Source: Octopus sinensis
Taxonomy: Eukaryota
NCBI RefSeq assembly: GCF_006345805.1
Contig: NW_021833778.1
Location: 1 to 55,102, forward strand
Length of the DNA stretch: 55,102 nucleotides
Reading direction: 5' to 3'
Shown here: piece after piece, positions 38,580-48,312 of the stretch
Layout: each line of letters opens with the position of its first letter
Numbering within the stretch: position 1 is the stretch's first letter
Made by a program: the position numbers and the translations under genes
The notes under the pieces: model-generated
What the model was told of the DNA's origin: nothing
The model's database searches: none
The model's input: the letters and a program-made list of their open reading frames with translations, nothing else

Positions 38580-39881
38580 TTGAAAAGGCTTGTAAAGCCA
38601 CATCCAGAGATAGAGACTCCTATCTCATATTCACCTGTATCAGGTGAAGAAAGTTCACCGGCGGTGACGCTGAAAATAGAAGAGGCCCCAGCGAAGAAGT
38701 TCACAGAAGTTGCAGGAAAAAAACAAAAAAAAATCAACACGGATAAGAGCAACTTAGAAAAGTATGAAGCACTTTTGAAAAAGGAAGGAAATGAAGTAAC
38801 AGTGGAATGAGACGTCAGAAAGACAGAAGAAGTAGAAAGAAAAAGGATTATCTACAAAACACACAATACAACGATGAAAAGCATTCAAAGAGTGGAGGAA
38901 AAAAAAAAAGAGAATTGTCTAAAGACAATATGGAAAGACATCACGTATATAAACCGTGGCAGAAAGTTTGGAACGGTTCAGGTGAGGTTCAGGACTGAGG
39001 AGATAGCCAAGAAGCTATCAACCAAACCTCTAAAAGCGGAGAATATAGTCCTCCTCCCCCAGTACATAGGCAGAAGGACCTCAAAAATATTAATAAAAAA
39101 TATTCCGCCAGAAGCGAACGCCACATGCCTAGTGGCAGCAGTGATGTTAGGCCTGGAGGACAAGATCACTATCCTCCAGGCTACAGTAGAAGAGGAGGGG
39201 TATTGACAAGGCCAATGCATCTCAATGGCGATACAGGCGGAGGTCCAAACGTTAGAAGAAATACCAGAGATATTGAGGATCAGCGAGGAGGAGAGGGTGC
39301 TAGTGTTTGTGGAGGGCAGAAAGCCGAGGTGCTTCGGCTGCAGTAAAAAGGGGCACGTAAGAGCGGAGTGCCAACCTAAACCGCAGGAAGCAGCACCGCC
39401 AGAAAAAGAAAAAACAGAAGAGAAAACAGAAGAGAAAACACCAGAAACTACAGAAACCAAAGAGGCAACAGAAACAACAAGTGGCGAAGAAAAGGAAAAA
39501 GAGGAGGGATGGTCAAAAATTACCAAAAAAAACCGGAAAACAGAAACCACCCCTCAGAAAGAGAGCCAAAAAAAGAGGAAAGAAGTGACAAATACATTTA
39601 TGGCCATTAAGGCTGCCAACAACAGGCTAATTAATGTTTTGGCAGCCATGGCCAAGGTGGAGAAAATTAAAAAAACAAAAGACTGTATTGTTTATAGAAT
39701 AGGCCGGAAGGATTACGGACGGATAAAATCCGAATTCTTTCACGACGTGGGCCCTCTGAGATTGGACATATCTCCATATTTATACGAGGGCCTGCGTCGG
39801 ACTCCCCCACGAGCTCAGGAAAAAAATAAAAGTGAAGAAGAAGACGAAAAACAAGTCGAACAAGTCGAACCACTGATATAA
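38580..39881 (+). pseudogene. Element 2 ORF1, disrupted
   Basis: Pieces 38580-38810, 38874-39206 and 39225-39881. TGA at 39204-39206 aligns to TGG (Trp) in element 1. CFGCSKKGHVRAEC knuckle. The start codon is uncertain. Confidence 0.85.
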
Positions 39882-39889
39882 GGTAAGTT

Positions 39890-42800
39890 ATGGATTGCAT
39901 TTATGTTGGTTGTTTAAATGTGCGCGGCCTGGGATCAAGCTGGAAGCAAGGTCGCTTCCTTAATGATATCAGGTCGTGTAATTTGGATGTTATTGTTGCT
40001 ACAGAAACCCGGTTAGAGGGGCCAAGAGGTCTACTCCCGCTGTTTGACGGCTACGAGAGTTTTTTCTCTCTGGCCAGTCCTACAGGCGGGGGTGGGGTGT
40101 TGGTCCTATTAAAAAGAAACCGGGCAGAAAAACCCGGTTTCTTTTTAATAGACCAACACCCCACCCCCGCCTGTAGGACTGGCCAGAGAGAAAAAACTCT
40201 CGTAGCCGTCAAACACGCAGTAGACCTCTTGGCCCCTCTAACCGGGTTTCTGTAGCAACAATAACATCCAAATTACGCGACCTGATATCATTAAGGAAGC
40301 GACCTTGCTTCCAGCTTGATCCCAGGCCGCGCACATTTAATTTTTTCAGACCCAGAAGGTAGGCTGGTCGTCATGGATTTGACGTTCAGTAACAGTAAAG
40401 TTATCAGACTGGTTGCAATTTACGCACCCAACCAAAAAGGGCAAAGTGATTATTTTCGAGAACTGGAAAACTTTCTTGGTACTTCGCATTCATTAGTTGT
40501 GCTAGGAGACTTTAACACAATTTGCAAAGCGGATGTAGATTGTGTTGGCTTGCGTCCAGATAGAAAAGGTAACATTGGCTTCCTGGAACTGCTAAGCCGC
40601 TTTGAGCTAGCAGATCCTTATAGGTTGGAATTTCCGAATGCTCCATTGTGGACATGGTCAAGCAGCGACGGATCTTCCAGGTCATACATAGATAGGATAC
40701 TAATTAGAAAAGTAGACAGAAAAATAGCTAAGTGTCCACAGTTTTACCTGGTCAGCTACAGTGATCATAAAATGGTCACCTGTAAGCTTGACATAGATAA
40801 GGTTAAAAATAGAGGCTCCGGTTACTGGAAACTTAATACATCCCTTTTGGCGATTAAGGAGTACAGAGACCGGATTAGGACTATAATTCAGAGGGCGCTA
40901 TCTGGTGCCATCATTAATAACAAATGGTGGTATGCCCTCAAGCGAGCCATCAAATTCGAGTCAATTAGATATAGCATAGGATTAGTGGCTAGAGAGGCTA
41001 GGAGGGAATCTACTCTAGTTAAGGAATTAGAGGAAGCCTTGAAAACTGGCTCTGCGGTTCAGGTGGCGGCTAAGAGACTGGCGTTAAACCAGCACCTCGA
41101 GGCCAAACACATGGGCTGCATTGTCAGGGCTAGGATCCGCGCAATGGGTTGTGAAGGAATCAACGCTGTGAGATGGGCCCGAGTGGTGGAAGCTCAGCAT
41201 GGTAATGACGCCACGATTCGATCTATGACGAACCAACAAGGTGAGTTGATAAACGAGCCCGAGGAGATGTGTGAGGCCTTTCAGGAGCACTTCGCTCAGC
41301 TTTTCGGTGAGTGCGGAGGACTGGATAGGAGGAGGGCCTTTAAGGACCTCCTCGACGGGCTGCCGCGCTTATCGGGGCGAGATGCGGAGGGCTGTGAAGG
41401 GCCAATCACGCCTGGGGAGGTGGTTGAGGCGATGGCGGACTGCTGCGCGGGCAAGGCGCCGGGTTTAGATGGTCTACCCTATGAGTTATATAAGAGTATG
41501 CCAGACTTGTTCGGGCACCTACTGGTGGAGGTCTATGCGAACTGGCAGCAGAACGGGTTCATACCCAGATCTGTGCGCTGGGGAGTAGTGACACTCGTCA
41601 GAAAGGACCCGAGCAAGGGGGTGTACATTGATAATTTCAGGCCCATCACTCTGCTAAACACAGAGTTGAAGATTTTGGTCAAAGTGTTATCGAAAAGATT
41701 GGCGCGTGTCGCGGATGGTCTGATCGGGGAGGCACAGACATGTGCCGTTCCCGGCAGAACCATTCAGGATAATCTCCATCTTATGCGGTACACTACAGAG
41801 GGGTTTAATAGTGATTCTGGCAAGGGTGGGGCACTGGTCCATTTAGACCAATCTAAAGCGTTCGATAGGGTCGACCATCGCTACCTGGTATCTGCCCTGG
41901 CACAGTTGGGGCTGGGCCTTGGCTTCCTCAGGTGGATTATCCAAATTTACGACAACATCGACTCGGTAGTTCGGGTGAACGGCTTCTTGTCGAAGCCGTT
42001 CAACATCAAACGCTCGGTTCGTCAAGGGTGTCCGCTCTCCCCGCTTTTGTACGTGATGGCTCTTGAGCCATTACTGCGAAAACTCAGCGGCATCTCGAGA
42101 CAGCCAGGTAGTGGAAAATCGGTGTCAGCGTACGCGGATGACATCACCATCATCGTAACCGAAATGGATCACCTACATAAAGTAGGCAAGGCCATAGAGG
42201 TTAACGAGATGGTGACAGGAGCAAAAGTTAATCGTGAAAAGTCAGTCGGCTTGCAACTCGGCACCTGGAGAGGCAAGTCGATGCCTCCTGACAGCATCGT
42301 GGGACGTTGGACGGAGGGTCCGATTAAGTTGCTAGGGGTTTGGTTCGGTCCAGACCTCCAAATAGAGAAGAATTGGGGTGAGGTATCGAGCAGGGTGGCT
42401 GCAGTAACCAAGACCTGGTCTTGGCGGTGGCTATCCCTGAAAGGGAGGGCAGAGGTAGCCAATGTGTTTATCGCATCGGTTATCACCTACCGCCTTTCCA
42501 TCGTTCCTTGCCCTGATTCGTGGTTGATCAAGTTGGAAAGACAGCTCTTCTACTTCTTGTGGAAGGGCGGGAAACCACTTGTGAAATGCTCTACTTGCTG
42601 TCAACAACCGTTAAAGGGTGGGCTAGGGATGCCTTGGCTGATGATGCGCAGACATGCGCTGAGGTTAAGACATCTGTGGCTCTACCTGGATGGTGAACGG
42701 GTGTGGTCTCCGCTAGCAAAACTGATGTTTCCCAAGTTCACTAGTTTCGGTGGATGGGAAACCTGGTTGAATCGTAGATCGAAACTAGGCACATGGTACA

Positions 42801-43326
42801 CGGAGTGTCGCAAGGCTCCCCTGCTATTCCGTCGCTCGGGCAACGCCTGCGGTGGGGGTTCCACCACATTCTTCTACCTGTTCGGGATAAACTCGCAAGG
42901 CACAGTGGCCAAGACAGTCCGATATGTCCAAGATGCGAGCGGGATAGGGAAACCGTCCCGCACGCTATTGTTCATTGTTCGGTTGTGTCTGAGGTGTGGG
43001 TTTATGCCGAACAGCTGTTGTCAAGCACACGAAGAGTACAGCTGTCGACTGAGTCTATTACAAAAATTGACCCACCAGATTTCCTTGCGAAAGAAGGTAA
43101 GAATTGTTTACTCGTTGTAGTAGCAATTGCGAAAGAGGTGATATGGAAGACGCGAATGAAAGGTTTACGGTCAGGCAAGTTCATATCCGGCCCTGGTTTG
43201 ATGAATTACTTCATCTTTCACCTGAAAAGGAAGATAAGGCTGGAGAGAAAATGCCTGTCTAAGAGAGTGTATGAAGAACGATGGAAAGATGTAGCACGAA
43301 AGTTGCGAGTGAATGATACCACATAA
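39890..43326 (+). pseudogene. Element 2 ORF2 (APE-RT-Zn finger), disrupted by a fold-back duplication and an internal deletion near 42870
   Basis: VGCLNVRGL, ATETR, LGDFN, SYIDRI, KAPGLDGL, LDQSKAFDRVDH, QGCPLSP, AYADD, CPRCERDRETVPHAIVHC. Confidence 0.95.
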
Positions 43327-43562
43327 ATGTAAAACTAGACGAAACCAAAGTATCAGTGGGGAGGCGAGGCTCGTGGGGTCCGAGCTAAACCTGCTCCCAC
43401 TCCATCCGTAATGTCTTCCGGTCTGTTCTCCATTCGATTTTTTCTATTTTTGTAATTTTTGAAAATTTTAAAATTCGCCTTTTTTGTAAACCCATTCGTA
43501 TATCTGACCCCACATCAGATTGTATTGTCCCCTCTATGTTCGTCCCTTGTGGGTAATAATAA

Positions 43563-43582
43563 AACAATTCCAGTCTGTTATA
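43563..43582 (+). repeat. Right target-site duplication of Tx1 element 2
   Basis: AACAATTCCAGTCTGTTATA matches AACAAGTCCAGTCTGTTATA at 38324-38343 (19/20). Confidence 0.85.
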
Positions 43583-43747
43583 TATTTTGAGTATTGTTAT
43601 CACTAGCGATATCAAGATATAACTTTGTATTTTGCATTTTATGTGTAGATGTATATATATAGATGTACATGTAATATGTACACATATATATACACATATA
43701 TACATGCACTAGCACTATGACCCGGCAACGACGGGTCTTTAATGCTC

Positions 43748-43812
<65 letters not shown>

Positions 43813-43929
43813 TGAGTGGACATACAAAAGAAAGGGTACTCAACATTTATTTGGAGTTACATGCATTATTCAAAACTGTCTGAATCAAATTGTTTTAGAT
43901 ATATAATATATCGGACATCCCAAACATAC

Positions 43930-44770
43930 ATATTGGAGACCACAGATTACAAGAGGTGGAGAAGTTTACCTATCTGGGCTCTACCGTCACCTACAACCTA
44001 TCCCTTGACGCTGAGCTCAATATACGCATTGGCAAGGCAGCTGCTGCGATGGCCCAACTCTCCAAATGGGCTTGGGACAACAATAAGCTGACCAAGACCA
44101 CGAAAATGAAGATCTACCAGGCATGTGTACTCAGCACTCTACTGTATGGAAGGGAGACCTGGACGCTATACACACGCCAAGAGCGTCGCCTAAACATCTT
44201 TCACCTGCGCTGCCTTCGAAAATCCTCCGCATCAATGGCAGAATCATATCCCCAACAAAGATGTCCTCAGGCAAGCAGGAATACCAAGCATGTTTGCACT
44301 CCTCACACAAAGGACGTATGAGATGGCTTGGGCATGTTAGCCGTATGAAAGATGGCAGAATCCCCAAGGACATACTCTACGGAGAGCTTGCTAGGGGTAC
44401 TAGGTCTGTGGGTAGACCGATCTTACGTTACAAGGATGTTTGCAAAAGGGACATGAAGGCCTGCAACATCAATATTAGCGGTTGGGAGGCAGTTGCCGGC
44501 AACCGTGGAGAATGGCGACGTACCGTAAAAGTGGAATACAAAGGAGTGACAGAGAGAGAGAGGAGAAATGGAAAGAAAGGAAGAGACGTAAACAAGAGAC
44601 TATGGCACAACAACCAGCCAGGAACAGTCTTCGCTACATTTGCGGTACCTGCCAGAGGAGTGTTTGTCCAGGATAGGACTACACAGCCACAGCAGGAAAT
44701 GTATCAGGACATGAAATATAAAAGCCGGACTAGACTACTCATGCGCAACTCCATTGTCTCCCGAGACAGA
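43930..44770 (+). mobile_element. 5'-truncated RTE (BovB-like) LINE
   Basis: VEKFTYLGS, RIGKAAAA, VLSTLLYGRETW, RWLGHVSRM..RIPKDILYGEL..GRP..RYKD; 3' end ccattgtctcccgagacagaaaggatgcca then (TA)n. Confidence 0.9.
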
Positions 44771-44777
44771 AAGGATG

Positions 44778-44853
<76 letters not shown>

Positions 44854-45400
44854 GAGAGAGAGAGAGATTGTGTGTGTGTACGTAGGTATGTGTACATGTA
44901 TGTATTTATAAATTCACACGCATACATATGTATATATTTGTCTATATACATACATTTATGTTAGTGCAAAGCTCTCTCCACACCACCACCACCACCACCA
45001 ACAACAACAACGTCCCAATCTCAACCACTTCAAGACACACAAACCATAAATAGTCAGGTCAATGACATTTATATCAAATTACTCTCTGACATCATTGGGT
45101 TTGCTATGTTTACAATACACCATTGAACAACAGTAAAGTTATTTAAGGTAAAGAGAGCAAATGAATGGTTATATCCTGCATTAAATCCTAGTTTAATTCA
45201 CTTGTTGTTGCTAAGCTAAGGTCAGCCTGGATCCAACATTCTTTGAAAATATTCCATCAATGACCATCTTTTATTCAGACATAATGTATCTAGGACTTTG
45301 TAGAGTTGTTGTTTAACCATAGGAGGTCAATCCTGATGAAGCAAACCTATGATCAAAGTCATTCCAGCATGGCCTTTCTGTCTTTTAATTACAAACAGTG

Positions 45401-45530
45401 CAGGTATGGCAGTGTAATAAGAAGTTTGCTTCCCAGGCACATGGTTTTGGGTTCAGTCTCACTGCTGCCTCAGGCTGACCAAAGCCTTGCGAGTAGATTT
45501 GGCAGAGAGAAACTGAAAGAAGCTGGCCAT
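45401..45530 (+). mobile_element. Partial family B SINE
   Basis: AGAAGTTTGCTTCCCAGGCACATGGTTTTGGGTTCAGTC head and GACCAAAGCCTTG..GTAGATTTGG. Confidence 0.6.
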
Positions 45531-45581
45531 GTGTGTACATGTATGTAGTCTGTGCATGTGTGTATATATATATATATATAA

Positions 45582-47400
45582 TACTATTAAATGGAATAAA
45601 TGACAATATACAATTCACGACGGACCACAACGAAAAAGAATTACCATTTTTAGACATCCTCATTAAGAAAACTGGCAACAAAATAGAGACAGATATCTAC
45701 TATAAACCGACAGACTCTAAACAGTACCTAACCTTTGATTCATGCCACCCACGACACACTAGAATGAATGTCCCTTTTTGTTTAGCTAGAAGGATTTGCA
45801 CCATAATATCAGACACAAACACCCAACACACACGTCTCCAGGAACTTAGAACCACACTCACAAATAGAAACTATCCACAGCCCCTAATAGACAGTGCAAT
45901 CCAACGGGTACTTAAATTAAGTATAGAAGACCTGAGACAAACAAAACCAAAAAAGAAAGAACAATTAAAAACCCTTCCCTACATCTCTACACACAACCCA
46001 CTCAACAATGAGGCCTTCAACACCATACTACAAAGCACAGCCCTACTAAAGGAGACCCAAAGATGAACCGGATCCTCGAAACACACACCATCATTAAAAG
46101 TAAACGGCAACCAAAATCCTTGAAAAGGATTTTAACCCAAGCTACACTGCACTCAACATCAACCACAAAACCAGCAGTTAGAAAATGTGGAAGGCCCAAC
46201 TGCGGAATCTGTGTCATCTTGAAAGAAGGATCAGAATTTATACTGGAACAAGGCCACCAGTTCACCATTAGAACAAACTTCACCTGCGCATCAGAAAACT
46301 TAATTTACATCATAACATGCGCAGGCTGCAATAGGCAGTATATAGGCCATACAAAAAATAGCTTACGTAACAGGATGGCGGTGCATAAATCACAAATTAG
46401 AAACCTGATTACCGCAAAATACCGGTCAGCGGACACATAGATAGATGTGCTGGAAATGTAAATCCGAAATTTACAACTAACCCGCTCTATAAATTCAGTG
46501 ACAACGCAACCTTCACACAACGCCAAAATAAAGAACTATATTTCATAAAAAATTTAGACCAAGTTTAAACACCCTGGGCCAAGAATACTAAAACAAAAGA
46601 TAAGTTCTCCGAAAAGGAGAAGCAAAATTCCACCACGGCCGCTACTTTAAACAGACACTCGCTCTGACGGAAATATGCCTTAGTAAAAAAGGAAAAAAAT
46701 TCTTTCGTGCAAATCTGACCCTGATACATACGATACAACTAAGGGTCAGACCCGATTCTGATTGGTCAACAAGTTGATGACGTCTAGCTCTGCTAGAATG
46801 GACAGGATACAAACAGGGGACAGTCATTAGTCAGAATATTGATGACGTCCTTTTCTGCTTGACTAGTCACCTAACAAGTACAGACAGGGGGCAGATCTAA
46901 TGTAGCTATAAGTCGTGATTGGGCAGAATCTGGATGACGTCCTGTTCTGCTTGACTAACGAAGCGACTGGTCAAAACAGGAAACAAACAAGAGGCAGTTA
47001 TAATGCAGCGATTGGACAAAATAATGATGACGTCCCGTTCTGCTTGACTAAAGCCACCTAACGAAACGATTGGTCAAAACGTTGATGACGTCACGCTACG
47101 CTGGATTGACCACCTAACAGGCATTATAAAACCGAGCACTTCACAAAACCCACTAGAACCACCCAGCGAACATCCACCATGGGTCATCACAATTGCTTAA
47201 GGTAAAAATGAATTCCTCGCTCTTTCGGAAACATCAATCTTCTGTATTGACCGCTTTCCACCACTTTGATCTGTTTTTTGTATTGAATACGTATCGCCAC
47301 CGTGGGCCACTGCATCGAACACTTTGAACATATACTTCAAACTATATATCAACTATACATGAACTATATATCAACTATACATGAACTCTAAGATGTCTGA
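45582..47400 (+). mobile_element. 5'-truncated Penelope-like element (RT C-terminus, GIY-YIG endonuclease, pseudo-LTR)
   Basis: LPFLDILI, IYYKPTD, SCHPRH, LARRICTI, RNYP (PLE RT/thumb); CGRPNCGIC, TCASENLIYIITCAGCNRQYIGHT (GIY-YIG). Starts directly after (TA)n. Confidence 0.92.
46761..47131 (+). promoter_or_regulatory. Pol II promoter-like array: five (inverted CCAAT-N12-TGACGTC) modules plus TATAAAA
   Basis: ATTGG at 46761, 46918, 47011 and 47069 (ATTAG at 46826). TGACGTC at 46778, 46843, 46935, 47028 and 47086 (full TGACGTCA in the last). TATAAAA at 47125-47131. Confidence 0.65.
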
Positions 47401-47672
47401 CTCCGTTGTGTATTATAAATGAATTTCTTGTGTTTGACGGCATGAGCTGTCTTTTTTTATATATAACTTTTTTTGATAGGTTCATTTCAGGAACTGAAAC
47501 ATGTTATAATGTATATATAAAAATTAAAAATTGTATAATACAGCAGCATTTTCGAACTTCATTTTTTACAAATATATATATATATATATAAAATTAATTA
47601 AGGGTAGAAATTGATATTTATCAATTAAAACCAGTGGTCTAGCATATTAAAAAAGAATCCGAAGATTAAAAT

Positions 47673-47857
47673 ATTTATATATACCAATTAAGGACTGAAC
47701 ACGAAAAGTGGACAGTCAACATGCTAGATATAGACGTCAAATCGCCATACTTTGTGCCGAGTTTGATTTGAGAACATAATCTTTTGTGGAGAATGGCGAT
47801 TTGACGTCTATATCTAGCATGTTGACTGTCCACTTTTCGTGTTCAGTCCTTAATTGG

Positions 47858-47870
<13 letters not shown>
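47673..47870. repeat. Palindromic element (about 75-bp arms) ending in (TA)n
   Basis: atttatatataccaattaaggactgaacacgaaaagtggacagtcaacatgctagatatagacgtcaaatcgcca pairs with its reverse complement. Confidence 0.88.
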
Positions 47871-47888
<18 letters not shown>

Positions 47889-48312
47889 CAGAAGCAACTC
47901 CAAGTCATCAGTGCCACTCAGGTTCATCACAGATTTTGCAGGAGACACACACCTGCTAGAAGAATTTCACATTTTTCTGCTTTATTTCTAACCTCAAACG
48001 GCTTATTTTTTTTAGATCCAGCACTATATATTTCTCCATTTCTAAGTTAAGGATAAAAATAAAGCAACCCTGCAAAACACAACTGATCTTTACACACAGA
48101 AGCACAGAATAACAGCAATCAAATAATGATAGTGGAGTGCACAACAAACATCACTGATCTGACTGTTGTCTTTACTCTTGACAAGAGATACCAGTTAGTC
48201 TTTTACACCTGCCAGACTCGTTCGTATTAACTTGAGTTGCTGGATAATTTTTCATTCCTTTAAGAATATTGTAGAACAGAAACTTTTCATAGATTGGAAT
48301 TTAAATCCGAAT

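Larger units (their letters stand above)
38344..43562 (+). mobile_element. Full-length Tx1/L1-type non-LTR retrotransposon, element 2 (distinct subfamily)
   Basis: Same architecture as element 1, with a clearly diverged ORF1 and UTRs; AATAAA at 43558-43563; 20-bp TSD. Confidence 0.92.
32349..43748 (+). mobile_element. Non-autonomous Helitron-like element interrupted by two Tx1-type LINEs
   Basis: 5' A|TCTTTATATATATAAAA..TGTGTCTGTCTGTCTG. 3' catgc-ACTAGCACTATGACCCGGCAACGACGGGTCTTTAATGCTCG|T, a degenerate match to the intact palindromic end at 53428-53468, with catgc on the inner side in both. Linkage of the two halves is inferred from the TSDs. Confidence 0.62.

Noticed and set aside
38538-38599. 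CRISPR-like array of palindromic repeats
   Set aside because: Only three 13-14 bp units with 9-13 bp gaps, inside a eukaryotic retrotransposon, with no cas genes.
32919-43562. Elements 1 and 2 as a tandem segmental duplication
   Set aside because: ORF1 and the UTRs are strongly diverged, and each element has its own TSD.
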